Both the position numbers and the translations under genes were made by a program. From Neocallimastix sp. 'constans' (lineage: Eukaryota), in assembly GCA_050613775.1 (NCBI GenBank), contig JBODTK010000160.1, forward strand, positions 186,001 to 250,000: a DNA stretch of 64,000 nucleotides. Direction: 5' to 3'. Below the pieces are notes generated by a model, which saw only the letters and a list, made by a program, of their open reading frames with translations, was not told the DNA's origin and made no database searches. Shown here piece after piece: positions 44,717 through 58,545 of the stretch; the first letter of the stretch is position 1, and each line of letters begins with the position of its first letter.

Positions 44717-45019
44717 ATTAAAAATTGGGATTAAATATAGCATATTTCATATTAAAACAAATAAATAATATTTTATTATATTTTAATATTAACAATTTAA
44801 TAATGCTAAAAAAATTATTAAATAATAAAGCTTATTAAACATTAAAACATATAAATTAAAAATATATCTATATACATAATTTAATTCTTCTATGAGTATT
44901 ATTTTTTTAAAAAAATATTATTACAAGGATTTTCATCAAAAGTAATGAAAATTATATTTATTATATCTACATTTATATAGAAATAAATAGAAATATAGTA
45001 AATGTAATTTAAACTTACC

Positions 45020-45411
45020 TGAATCCATTATTACTTGTCAATATCATCATGCAATCTAAATTATGATGTGTCTCAATTAAAAACAGTCTTTTAAAGCATA
45101 TCTTTAAATCACGAATTTAATTCCTAAATTGTTAATATGATCCTTCAACAAATTAAAAGTGAAGGTAATAAAAATTCGAAAGATTTTGACATTACTTTAT
45201 TCATGAAATATAATAAATAATTAAAGCTATTTGGAATTTAATTAATATATTCCAAGTCAAGAACTTGGATGGACCTTAAATGATAAAGTTATTTTTCTAA
45301 AAAAAAAAAAAAAAAAGCTAAAATTTGTTTTGATACTATATTTCTTTTAAGAGAACAATCTATTAATCGAATTTTAACTGAAATTATTAGTATAACTATG
45401 CTCAAATATAA
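45020..45411 (+). pseudogene. Pseudogene of the small-protein family
   Basis: AAAATTAAAAGTGAAGGTAATAAAAAT-like stretch and ATTCCAAGTCAAGAACTTGGATGGACCTTA (IPSQELGWTL), ending GCTCAAATATAA; multiple stops and frameshifts. Confidence 0.9.
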
Positions 45412-46799
45412 AACGAAAGAGAATAGTAATATTGAAATTAATATATAGTTCTTTATATTTAAAAAATAAAAATAAAAAAATAAAAAAATAAAAAAATAAA
45501 AAAAAAATAAAAAAAAAAAAAAAACAATATAATAAATAATTAAAATATAAAAAATCCTTTATGGGTAGAGAGAATATATAAATTTTTTTAAAGTTGTTTT
45601 CCCTTTTTTCTTTTTATTCCTTATAAAAATCAACCTATATAATAGAAAATACTACTAAATCTATATAATTTATTATAATATTTATTTAATAATAAAATAG
45701 ATATAGTAATATTTATTATAGTTAACATGAAATGTAAATATTTTATAATTTAAATATATAAATTTTGTAATTTTAAAATATTTTTTTGAAATACAAACCA
45801 TAGTATACAGTGAATTATTTATATGCATTTACATTAATATATATTTTTTAATTTTATTTTCTTATTATTATTAAAAATCAAAGCAAGTAAATAATCATTT
45901 CATTTTAACAAAAAATTTAATTATTTCTTTGATACAAAAATTAAAATTTCATAAAATATCAAATTTATTCAAAACATTTAATATTTTATTTTATTTCTGT
46001 TGTTATATATACCGATTTTAAAATTATCTATTTCTTTTTTTTTTTTTTTTTTTTTTTTATTATAAAAATATCATATATTTATATAAACATTTAAAATAAT
46101 ATCAAAAAATTATATTTAAATTCAATAAAATTTTTGATAAGTATTTAAACTAATTTGTGATATATATATATATTTATTATAATTGTTATTTTAAATTAGT
46201 TTTGTTCAATTAAAAAATAAAATAACTATGAGAAACAATATTTTTTTGAAATAAATTAAAAATTATATAAAAATTTTATATTTTGGTATATATTTTAATA
46301 TATTAAAAATACAGAAATGTTTTAAACCACATAAAAAAAAAAAATCTAATTAATTTAAAATAAAAGTAATAAATAAAATAGTAACTATAAATTAGTGAAA
46401 TATGTTAATTATAAATAACTATTTTATAAAGATTTATTAAATAATATATTTTTAGTTTTTATTTTTATTTATATATAAACCACATCTTAAAATAAAATAT
46501 CTATTTCAATAATATATTTTAATTTTTAAGATTTAAACATTCAAATTCAATCATTACTATAATGTCAATTTCAATTAATTTAAAAGGGACTATCTAATAA
46601 ATTATAAAATACAATATTAATATTTTATTAATGTTATAAAATTATTTCATTTTCTTTTTGATAATAATATAGCTTTCATTAATGTCTTTGTCAATATATA
46701 TATCCTTGAATTATAATATTAAAAGGCATATATTTATTTAAAATGGATATCAATATAAAATACATATTAATGAATTTGCTTTATATTTATGAAGAGGTT

Positions 46800-47168
46800 T
46801 TATATATCATTCAAAAAATGTGACAATTCAAAGAGAACTATTTTTTATAAATGTAGCACTTTAAATACCACATGTAACGTTCTCTTATATTGAAATAATT
46901 CTTCATAAACTTAAAAATAAAGGTCACAAGATCCTATTATGCAAAATTTTACTTATGTATTATTCGTTGAATGTAATAAATGGCTTAAAAGCCAATGGCA
47001 TTAAAAAAATAAAATATTCCAAGTCAGAATTATGAATGGACTTTAAAGGATAAAATGGTTTATAATCTAGGAGCAAAAGTTAGTTTTGATGCTAAATTAA
47101 TTTAAAGACAACAATCTGTTAATAAAATATTATTCAAAATCGTTAAATATAGTATTGCTACATATTGA
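46800..47168 (+). pseudogene. Pseudogene of the small-protein family
   Basis: GTTGAATGTAATAAATGGCTT (VECNKWL), CCAAGTCAGAAT, TGGACTTTAAAGGAT, GGAGCAAAAGTTAGTTTTGATGCTAAA; frameshifted. Confidence 0.85.
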
Positions 47169-49167
47169 TTATATTGAAGCTTACAAAATTAATGCATTTC
47201 TTCAGGGTAATATTATATATAATTTTTTAGTTAATTAATGAAATATTTATAAATATTTTATATTATATATATAATTAATATAAAATTATCAATAGGAATG
47301 AAAATTTTTATAACTAATTGATCTGAAAAGTTATCATTATTTCATTAGTATTTACAAGACTACATTTTATTATTTTATAGTATTCTAAATATTAAAGAGT
47401 TTAGGGTTAAGAAATGTTGTAAAAAAAAATATTATAAGATTATAAAAAAAAATTTATTCTGTTATTACTGTGAATTTTTTTATGAATGCACATCGTCCAT
47501 TCTTATTTTAGTATTTATATATATATATATATATATAAAACATATTATATTAAAAATTTTCCACATTAGATTTTGTTATCCCAAGTAATTTATATTCTTT
47601 TTTTTTTTTTTTTTTTTTTTTAATTTTTTAATTTTTTTTTTTTTTTAATTAAAAATATTATAAATAAAGTATTTTTTTTTTTTTCCTTCTGTTACACAAC
47701 TTTTAATAAAAAAAATTTAAAGATATTATTGTTTAAGAATTTTTAATATAATCTCTTATAGAGATTTATATGTTTTTTATCATTTTTTCATTATTCATAT
47801 CTAATTTATAGCATGCTACCCAAGTTACACATAATATAAATTTTATTATTGATATAAAATGAAATATTCAAACCTTAATTAATATAAAATTAGTTTTTAT
47901 TATTCAAACATAAATTAATGTCATAAATCAAATTTAAATCTAATGATTTTACATCAATTTCAATATGTGGCTTGATTTCTATATATTAATTATATTTATA
48001 ATTAATAATAAATTTTATAGCATAAATCAATGTTTTAATTATATTCTTATTATTTTATATTTATATTTATATAGTCAATAAATATTTCCTTAAATAATAA
48101 TTATTAATAGTTTATTTTAATCACAAGAACAATTAATTAAATAGTTAATTATAACTAAATAACATAAAAATAAAGCATTTCTCTGAATTAAGAGAAGTAC
48201 GAAGTTAAGTCAAGTTAAGTTAAATTATGTCGTGTTTAGTAATGTTAAGTTAGTTTGTAATAAAAAGTATAAGAAGGTTGTTAAATAGCTTTTTAAATAT
48301 ATGTAGTTTTAAAATAAAATTAAATAAATAAATAAATAATAAATTAATAAATTTAATAAATAAATCCTAACAAAAGTACATCGAACTTTTGAGTTGTATA
48401 TCATTATTTAATATTTCTTTATTCATTTTTAATTATATATTATCCTTATCTTGCAATGATTATTATATTATTATATTACTGTATGAGTCATAATATCAAT
48501 ATATTATTATTTATTAATATTTAAGTGCTACCCTAATAATCGCTGTAATCATTAATATCATTTTTTGGGTCCATTAAATATTTCATTTGATAAAATGATA
48601 ATTTTTTGTTAATAATCTAATTTAACTATAATAAAAATACTTTAAAATAAATAGATATATAATAAAAAAAATTATTATATTAATATATATTAAAATAGAT
48701 ATAATTTAATATAATAAACTTTTTAAAAATATTATTTTGAATTATCGAAAAAAAAAAATAAAAAAAAAAAAAAAAAAAAAACTTTAAATATAAATTCCCT
48801 TATTTAATAATATTATAGAATTTTTATAGTAAATATAGTTTAGTTTAGTGTTCTTCCTTGTCTAAAAAAAAAAAAAAAAAAAATAGTTTAGTGTAACAAA
48901 GCAATTAATTTTATTAATATTTAATATGGAATAATTTTAATAAGTTGAAAAAAAGAATAATAATATTATAATAATAAACGGTTAATGATAAATAGATAAT
49001 TTAAAAGAGTAAAAAAAAAAAAAAAAAATAAAATGAATTAAAATTATAAAAATAGTATTTAGTTATATTAATAATTAATATCAATAGTAATTATAAATAT
49101 ATAATATTAATAATAATAATAATATATCTAACAATAATAAAAATAATAATTATAATAATTATACTAA

Positions 49168-49900
49168 TGTTAAGAGTCAAGAATTTAGGGTTTATAGTTA
49201 TGTCAACTTTATTAATATATATTATGTTTCTAGTATTTAATTATTCTAAATTAAATTCTTTTATATTAATACATTGTGGCTTATATATCAATTTTATTGC
49301 ATTACATTTTAATACATTAATTTCATATTCACATACTAAAACATCATATTCACATATTCTATCATTCCTCCATATACCTAGTTATTCTATAATGAATAAA
49401 TTAGTTTCCTGGTGAATAATGTGTATATAAAATTATCCTATTTTATATTATTAATACCTGATATTATTAAACTCTTAGTTATTTCTATTCTAAATTAACT
49501 TCTAATTTTATATGAATAAATTAATTTTTACATTATATTAATTCTTTAATCTCGATTTAAATATAGTTAAAATATTTTCTTTAACATATTTGTATTCTAA
49601 TAGTTTCCCCCTAAAACTAATTATTTAATACCATTACATCCTTAACATTAAATGTATCAAAGACATCCCTTATTATATATAATTTAAATATATACCGTTT
49701 ATATGATAGAAACCTTTCTCTTGAAGGATGATAATATACTATTATAATTTGTGTGAACTTTCAATCATAATTTTCATTAAAGATTAACTTTAACATTTTT
49801 TTAATAATATTTGTTTTGTAGTTTTAGTTAAACTATTAAAATAAATTGTTAATTATATTTCGGTGTTCTTGACAAATCATAATCATGGGGTATTTAATTG
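49168..49900 (-). mobile_element. 3' end of an LTR retrotransposon (internal region, PPT, LTR 49168-49364)
   Basis: Minus strand reads GGAGGAA|TGATAGAATATGTG...CTCTTAACA: a purine tract abutting a TG..CA-bounded unit homologous to the solo LTR. Confidence 0.75.
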
Positions 49901-50104
49901 ATTACACGTATAACTAATAATATTATTCTACTCATTTAAACTAATTTAGTAAATTATCTCATAATTAAAAAATTAATGAACGAAGTTTAATTGTAAGTTT
50001 GGAAATTAATAAAGGTAGTCTGAATAGAAAATTAGCATAAAATTTACTTTCAAGAAGAAATTAAATGAAATATTGAATTTTAATAAATTATGAAACAATT
50101 CACA

Positions 50105-50779
50105 TCAATTTAATACCTCAAGATTACTATTTATCAAGTATATCAATATACAATTAGCAATTTATTTTAATAGTAATATCTAAAACTACAAAGCAAATAT
50201 TATTAAAAAAATGCTAAAGTTAATCTTCAAAAAAAATTATTATTGAAAGTAATGTAAAACCCAATATATAAGAGGTATTCACACAGATGGTATAATATCA
50301 CCCTTCAAGAGAAAGGTTTCCATCATATAAAAGGTATATATATAAATTATATATAATAAAGGATGTCTTTGATACATTCAATGTTAATGATGTAATGGTA
50401 TTAAATAATTAGTTTTAGGGGGAAACTATTAGAATACAAATATATTTAAGAAAATATTTTATTCATATAAAATTAGAAGTTAGTTTAGAATAGAAATAAC
50501 TAATAGTTTAATAATATCAGGTGTTAATAATATAAAATAGGATAATTTATATAAACATATTCACCAGTATACCTATTTATTCATTATAGAATAGCTAGGT
50601 ATATGGAGGAATGATAGAATATATAAGTATGATGTTTTAGTATGTGAATATAAAATTAATGTATTAAAATGTAATGTTATATAATAGATATATACGCCAC
50701 AATGCATTAATATAAAAGAATTTAATTTAGAATAATTAATTACTAGAAACTCTTTGTCATAAAATATATTAATAAAGTT
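50105..50779 (+). mobile_element. Second 3' end of the same LTR family (PPT 50605-50611, truncated LTR from 50612)
   Basis: Diverged reverse complement of ~49205-49900, e.g. TAGTTTCCCCCTAAAACTAA / TTAGTTTTAGGGGGAAACTA. Confidence 0.75.
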
Positions 50780-51677
50780 ATATTATTAGGATATGAATAA
50801 TCATTTTATAAAAATTTTATTAAAAAAAATATATTTTCTACATTTTTAATATTAAAATTATTTATATTTATCATATATTTATGTAATTCACATGATATTC
50901 GTATTATAGAAATGTTACACTTGTACATTTCATTTTTATTATTGTTTTTTAAAGATATATAATTACGAAATAAAGATAAATAAAAGAAATTTATTAAAGA
51001 TTTACATATTAGAAAATATAATCATTATTATTAATGCATATCAATAATTGAATTTACATTTATAGTAAAACCATATATAAATTTAAATAAATAGAAGATT
51101 GTATATATATAATTGTAATATATAATGATTTAAATTTATAATTAATTATTATTAACATAATAATATTTTCATAATAATTAATTATTATAAAAAATTAAAA
51201 AAATTTTTTTTTTTTCTGTAGATCTCACATATAAAATAATTTTTTATACGGTAGATTTAAAATAAGTTTTAATATAACAATTCACATAATTATTCCTTTT
51301 TTCATAAAAAAAAAAAAAAAAAAGATAAATTATAATAATTGTCGCATGTAAAGAGTTTAATGATATGTATTCTTATATTAAATAATTCTATATAATAGAT
51401 TATGGAAATTAATTTATTGTTTACGGTAAAAAAAAAAATATATTTTTAGTGTAACATTAAAAATTATTTTTTTTATTTTTTAAAGTAACGGTTTGTAATG
51501 AGTCATTAATTAAAAAATAATAATATTATAAAAACGGCTTAGTCTTGTTTAAATTTTATATATAAAGAAATAAATTTATCACAAAAAAAAATTTTTTTTT
51601 ATTCATCTTTATCTTTTTTTATATTTATTAGTTTATATAAAAAAAATAATAAATAAATTAAAAAAAAAATATAAACA

Positions 51678-53117
51678 ATGAAATTTTTAAACTTAATATT
51701 ATATACTTTTACAGTTCTTTTAGTTTCTGCTTGGGGTAAGTCTATTGGATACACAAGTGGAGCTATTAATGCTGGTATGGTTGTTCAAGGTTATGAATGG
51801 GGTCCAGCTGTTCCAAAGGTTGTAGTTGAATTTGATGACATTGTTTCAGGATTTAATAAAGATACTTTTGTCGTTAAAACTGGTGGTTCACAACGTCAAG
51901 TTCTTGATGTATATAATACTGATGCTAATGGTGTTAGACAACCACAAAATACTAACTTTTTAGCTATTGAAATGAAAGTAAATACTATTTACCTTGATTT
52001 CTTAGGTGCCTCTATGGGTGATGCCTGTCCATTCTCATACAATATGGAAACTGGTAGAAATGTCTGGGCTGATGATTTCCAATTAGAATTAGATTTAGCT
52101 CCAAGTATGTCTTTCAAGGTTGGTGAAACTGAATATGGTACTGAAAACGCTTGGACTACCTTCACTAAAAACTTAATGGAAAACTACATTGTTCCAGAAA
52201 CTGTTGATTGGAAAAAGGATACCTTTACTGATGGAGTTATTACTTTACATCGTGCTTCTTTCACTCCAAAGGGTGCTGAAATTGACGGTGTTAAGAACCC
52301 ATTAATTATCTGGTTACATGGTGCTGGTGAAGGTGGTGCTGATACTGATATCACTTTATTAGGTAATGAAGTTATTGCTCTTGCTAAGGAAGGTATTCAA
52401 AAGTACTTCAAGAATGCCCAACAAGCAGGTGCTTACGTTCTTGCTGTTCAAACTCCAACTATGTGGATGGACAAGGGTGATGGTACTTACAACGACAGTA
52501 TTGAAGCTGGTCAAAAACAAACTTCTTATTATGATTCAGTTTTAATCGCTGCTATTCAAGATTATGTTCGTAGTAACTCTGATATTGATACTAACAGAAT
52601 TTACCTTGGTGGTTGTTCTAACGGTGGATACATGACCATGAACTTAATGTTCGAACATGGTGAATACTTCTCTGCTTACTATCCAATCTGTGAAGCTTAT
52701 ATGAGCAAGAACATTTCTGATGAAATGATTGAACAAGCTAAGAACAATAACATTTGGTTCTTACAATCTGAAGATGATACTACTGTTAACCCATTAGCTT
52801 CCACTATTCCAACCTTCTACAGATTATTAAATGCTGGTGCTCAAAATGTTCACTTCACTTTAACTGATAAGGTTAGAGGTGAAGATGATCCAGAAGCTCA
52901 TTACATGGGTCACTACTCTTGGATCTATGCTTTCAATGATGATGTCAAGAAAGAATTCGATAATTCTAAGGCTCTTGCTGATGTTAGTAATGTTGTTATT
53001 GAAGATGGAACTGGTCTTGTTACCTCTACTAACAACTATGTTACCAATGCTAACTGCTCTAAGCCAGGTAACATGTGGGCATGGTTAGCTCAACAAACTA
53101 AGCCAACTAGTTACTAG
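51678..53117 (+). CDS. Secreted alpha/beta-hydrolase esterase (bacterial-type, COG4099/EstA-like; possible carbohydrate esterase)
   Basis: Signal peptide; LIIWLHGAGEGG oxyanion motif; nucleophile elbow RIYLGGCSNGG; likely catalytic Asp in SEDDTTV and His in GHYSW; intronless; no dockerin seen. Confidence 0.85.
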   Translation: MKFLNLILYTFTVLLVSAWGKSIGYTSGAINAGMVVQGYEWGPAVPKVVVEFDDIVSGFNKDTFVVKTGGSQRQVLDVYNTDANGVRQPQNTNFLAIEMKVNTIYLDFLGASMGDACPFSYNMETGRNVWADDFQLELDLAPSMSFKVGETEYGTENAWTTFTKNLMENYIVPETVDWKKDTFTDGVITLHRASFTPKGAEIDGVKNPLIIWLHGAGEGGADTDITLLGNEVIALAKEGIQKYFKNAQQAGAYVLAVQTPTMWMDKGDGTYNDSIEAGQKQTSYYDSVLIAAIQDYVRSNSDIDTNRIYLGGCSNGGYMTMNLMFEHGEYFSAYYPICEAYMSKNISDEMIEQAKNNNIWFLQSEDDTTVNPLASTIPTFYRLLNAGAQNVHFTLTDKVRGEDDPEAHYMGHYSWIYAFNDDVKKEFDNSKALADVSNVVIEDGTGLVTSTNNYVTNANCSKPGNMWAWLAQQTKPTSY

Positions 53118-54139
53118 ATTTTTTTTAAAGAATTAAAAAAAAAAACTTGATTAATTCTTTTTAAATTATTTTAAATTTATTAAAAATAATTGTAATTATT
53201 ATTTATTTAATAAAATATTTCAATTTTTATTAAATTATTATTGTACAAAATAGAATTATAGAAATAATTAAAAATAGATATATCAAGAATAGAAAAGATA
53301 TTTGTGGAATATGTATTTTTAAATAATTAATTAAAAAAAAAATAAAAAAAAAAAAAAAAAAAAAATTTATAAAAAAAAAAAAAAAAAATAAAAAAATATA
53401 ACTTTTTTAATGTATTATTGGTTCATTTTTGTTAAAAATTATTGTAATAATGAAAATGTTAATTTATTAAAAATTAGTACGTTAATCTTATTAAAATTTT
53501 TGATTATTCTTATTATGATTGATTTGATTTTTATTTCATATAATTATTTATTATATAACCATCACTGTATTTAGATTTTCAATAATTTCATTATTTATAA
53601 TCATCAGCAGATAAGACTGTTTTTTTCAGGTCCATTGAGGGTTGAAGGAAAAAGAAAATGAGCTATATCAAGTGTATTAATTAATAGTTTTCAGTAATTC
53701 TGAAAATAATTAATGATTATCCTTTCTTAAGTGGTTTCTAGCACGAAGAGAAAAAATTCGGAATATAGAAAGACTACAGAACATGAACCTAATGTTATAT
53801 ATTGCTTTAAACTGGATATGTAGTAACATTGGAGTTGTATAATTAATAATATCATGTAGTTTCTATTTATTCTCATTGTAATGAATCTATTGTTTTTTTT
53901 ACATTAGCATTATTTTATATAGTATTATTTAAACTCATGTAGCTATTGTAAAATGGAAATGTAAGAGATTGATTCACTCCAAAGCTTGTATATATGACTT
54001 TATTTAATGGATGGGAATCTTTTTATGGTTTTTCACTACTAATATTTTATTTAACTTTACATTTTAGTTAATATATAATTATTTTTATATTTCTTAGTTT
54101 TTAGTATTTTAGTTTATATTACTTTCATTTTTATCAATT

Positions 54140-55800
54140 TGTATTCTGTATAATAAATCCTTTATCAATTCCATTTTTAGAGTTTCTATTAGCGATCATT
54201 TTTTCTAAAATTTTTAATCTATTATTGATAGGGAAGATGCCAAAATAGTTATTACAATCTGAAGGATCTTCTTTTTTATAAAAAGAAACTATCCATGCAT
54301 TATTCAATTATTTAGGAATATCACCATTCCAAATACGATTGAATAAGGCTTTAAGACATTTGAAGCTAGATGAAAATATTAATGAAAATATTACTATTAT
54401 TTTCACTAAATTCATAAATTCTTCTGAATCATCTTTACAAGGAATTAAAGCTTTGAAGAATTTCATTGATATTCCATTGGAACCACAAGCTTTAAAGTTA
54501 GGGGATGACGAGATCACCTCTCTAATTTCTTCATAGCTTATATTTTTATTAATTTCCAATTCTTGTTGCCTTGAATTTCCAAAATTCCAAAGTACATAAG
54601 AATCTTTCCAGAAATATATAGAAAGACGGTGACTTGAAGAATCCAACCCTAAGAATTTATAATGAGAATGCCAAACATTTAATTTTTCATCTGTACAAGT
54701 TACTAATTTATTGTTATTGTTTTTAATAGGATGAAGGATTATGAACAATTTTTTTTTTTTTTTTACCCATTTCCATGCTTTCCTTCTATCATTTTTAAGA
54801 GTTAATGAACATCCAATTTTAATCCAATATATATATATTCTTTCTTCCTAAATTTCGTTTTTACATTTTTTATGAATTTATTCACATAGTCTATTATGAG
54901 AGTCAACAATTTTAGAAAATTCATTGGTATTACATGTAGATTTATAACGTCTAATTTACTTATACTTTTAAGTATTTTACTTTTTGAAGGCAATAAATTT
55001 TGTGGGACATTCTAAATATAGAACACTTAGAGTGATTCCATAGACTATATATTGTTAAAGAAAGAAGATGAGTATAGGAGTTATTTTCAAGGATTGCTTG
55101 ACATAAGACATGATACCTAAGATACAAACCTCTGCAACCTGGCGTATTTGGATCCATTCTTTTCTGGAAATATTTGTAGTTGGGAAGCGTTAATTTACAT
55201 GGATATCTATTATCCTTGATACCATTACCTGTTTCCTGAAAACAAAGGAATAATGATCGAAAAATGAAGTTGAAGTACTCAAGACTATCTCTTTTCACAA
55301 AATTCCATTCATTAGTACTCCAACTACGACAAAATGAAAACTTTTTCTGTGTATGAATGTGAAACTGGATTTGAAGAATTTAGATTAAGGTATATTGGGA
55401 GCATTGAGTTCATGATTGACATTTATAACATTTATTAATTTTAGTTGAATTGGAGCTTGCTAAGTTTGTATTATTGGACATTAAATTTTATTATAAATGT
55501 TGAAAAGAATCCTAATGATTCCATTCGGAACATTTACAACATAAAATTTTAACTTTTGAAATTTTTCAAATATTTTTATAAATTTTTTGGGTGTTTAAAA
55601 TTTGGAAAATATACTTAAATCCTGAAGAAACTATCATTGAAATTAGTAATTTGTTTTATATTATTTACATAATATTATAATGGAATATTTTTTCATCTAG
55701 AATGAAGAAATCCTTTCATTAACATTTGTCCATGAGTGTATACCACAGATAAAAATCAACTTTGTGTTGTCAATAGATATTCCTTACCAGCGAGAACTTC
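54140..55800 (-). mobile_element. Degenerate LINE, 5' part (APE endonuclease and start of RT)
   Basis: LFLCFQET endonuclease motif; KACGSNGISMKFFK (cf. KAPGPDG); NAWIVSFYKKEDPSDCNNY...LKILEKMIANR (early RT motifs); many stops; the upper boundary is approximate. Confidence 0.85.
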
Positions 55801-55814
55801 AATGAAATTTTTTT

Positions 55815-56087
55815 TTCTATAACCGAAACAATTTTGGATTTCGTAACGGAGAAAAATGTAAAAGTCTTTTACACTTCATTGAAAATTATATGACAGAGAC
55901 GAAATTTTGAAAATAAAGATACTTATCTTGCTTTTTTAGGACCTTAAAAGAGCGTAAGACTCTAATCCTATATATAATGTATTAATGAAGATTCATCATT
56001 TTGGTATCATAGGTAAAAAACTATAATTTTATTATGAAAATTCATATTTATCTTCCAAGGCTTGTATAAGGGTTAATGGACAATTAT
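55815..56087 (+). mobile_element. Degenerate LINE RT fragment, opposite orientation
   Basis: Frameshifted QFGFR...KDTYLAFL-DLKRA*DS...VLMKIHHFGI...KACIRVNGQL. Confidence 0.8.
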
Positions 56088-56292
56088 TTCTTTTTTTTTT
56101 TTTTTTTTTTATAATTTATATTAAATTTAATGATATATCGATATTATATAAAATAATAAGAATATTTTCTCCTAATTTAATTAAATTTCAATATAGTTTG
56201 AATCTACAATTGATTTAGTTTATTTTTTCATTCTAACTTTTTTTTTTATATTTATTTATCTATATAATCTTTTGATAATAGTTTTGTTGTTG

Positions 56293-56323
<31 letters not shown>

Positions 56324-57569
56324 ACTAAAGAAAATTTTAATATCATTATTATTATCCTTTTCAAAGTTTATTAATTTGTTTTTCATCAATAAATCAAAGT
56401 ATTCTTTATCTTTATCATCTATAGTATAAAATAAACAATATTTACTATTACTATCAGTTTCATAAATGATTATTTTTAAATATTTTTTTATTAAATTTAT
56501 AAAAGTATAGGCAATTAAAAATATTAATGATGTAACAACTAATTTACGCTCGTGTATTATTTTTATAAATGTAAAATCCTTTAATTATTGTAATGATATA
56601 AGAATTATTGTTAGTTATGAGAAGTAATTTTTTTTTAAAAAAATATATTTTTAAAAGTAATAATGTTTCATATATTTTATCATCTTCAATTATTATGTTT
56701 TAATAGTAAATTTAATAAATTTAATACATGTTCATTATTATTCATCTTGTAATTTGAAGTAAAAAGGTCATTATTCAATATTTTGTATCATTAATAACAT
56801 ATTGACTAGCAATAATTAAAGGTGTTGCTAATAATTTGATAGCTAATATCATATTCATAAGATTTTAAATTATTATATAATTTATTATATTTTTTTCTAT
56901 TAATAAAAAATAAAATCAATATTTCAACGCTTTTTTTTTTTTTTTTTTTTTTTTTTGTTTGTTTGTTTTTTGTTTTTTGTTTTAATTAATCTCTATTTAT
57001 TGAAATTAATAGATTCAAAAAAATTTTGTCTTTCTTAAAATAATAATTAAAATATTAAGAATTTTATAATGATTAAATAATCGACATTTTCTTTTTTTTT
57101 AAAAATTTCTTAACTATTATTAATTAAGCTAAATAGACTATATTTTAAGGATGATATTATCCCTTTTTTTTTTATATTATAATAACAATCAAATATATTA
57201 ATATAAAAATGATATCCAGAATTATTTTCTATATATCTATATATCAATAAATCAACAATGCTATTATATTAGCATAAAATTTTTATCTATTAATCCTAAA
57301 GAAACCTCCATAATTGATATATATATATATATCAATACTAGGTTTTTAATTGAACATATAATAGTAAGGTGGCTATTAACTTCTTTTGAAATTTATAAAA
57401 GCAAATTATATTAATGTTAAACCTATTTAACGTCAAATCCACTTTTCAAAAATAGTTCAAAGATATTATTTTTACAAGAAAGCATTAAATACATTAAATG
57501 AAATATATATCCATCATAATAAAAAGGCATCATCATTAAATTAAAAAAACTATATGAAAAAAATATTTA

Positions 57570-58545
57570 AATAATGGAGAATAGGTATGTTTATTTTTGG
57601 ATGTAAATCATCAATCAAAAATAGTTGGATAATCACTAACCCTCCCAACAGATTATATCAACAAAATCCCCAAATTAAGAGTGAATTACAATTTGAACGT
57701 TTGAATTTTCTAAACATGCTTTAATAGCATTCCCAAAATAAAAAAAAATAAAAAAAAAATATAAGCTTGTTTTTTCAAGTATTACTGGAGTATTACCATT
57801 TGTTTATGAAACAAATATTCATTTCAGTAATTTGGACTTATAAACCTAATTCATCATATTTATCTATTAGACCCTTGATACCTTTATAGGTCGGGTAATC
57901 CATTGTATGAATATTATATTGAATACCTATACCATAGATTATTAGAATATCTAGCCCAACCATATCCTTAAATAAAGTTTTATAAATAAAAAGATTATTC
58001 ATGCATTTTAGATAACCTTCACTATTATAGTCATTGAAATAAAATTTAGTTTCTTGATCAATTTTCCGAGCATTTTTTAAAAGAAAGATGAACAAATTCT
58101 GGAATTTCAATGTAAAAGGAAGGAATTATGAATAATCAATTTAGGTTCAGTGGAACTATTATCAACAGTTTCTTTAATAATATCCTAGATATTATGGTAA
58201 TGAATTTATGCTTTCTGAAAATCGTATACACATTGTTTAGCTTAAATATCAAATAATTAAAAAAATAATTAATAAACGTTTTCAGCCACAACTAATTCAT
58301 TGAAAGTATTTTCTACAACTTCACTACAACCTTAAAATTTTAAAACCTTTTCCCAAAATGTATTGCTAATAATAAAAAAAAAAAATTAAAAATAAAACAA
58401 AATGAAATAAAATAAAAAAGAAAGTCAATATTGATGTCTTTAGCAAGTTCTTTAAATTCAATTTCGGAGGAAGCTAAAAAAAAAATGTAGCTGAATAAGA
58501 TATAAAGAAATACAATAAATGAATTACTAATCCTTAATTTTTTTT
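57570..58545 (-). pseudogene. GH10 endo-xylanase pseudogene
   Basis: Motifs in GH10 order: FNELVVAEN, *DIIKETVD (WDVVNE), YFNDYN, GIGIQ, LGL*VQITEM, ACLEN, LIWGF; stops and frameshifts. Confidence 0.8.

Noticed and set aside
48180..48372. Possible LTR ending CCTAACA
   Set aside because: No clear 5' end, TSD or second copy in the window
49167..49415. 82-aa ORF
   Set aside because: Coincides with the antisense strand of the LTR
53590..54030. GC-richer stretch next to the LINE relic
   Set aside because: Could not assign any motif in the frames examined; left unannotated
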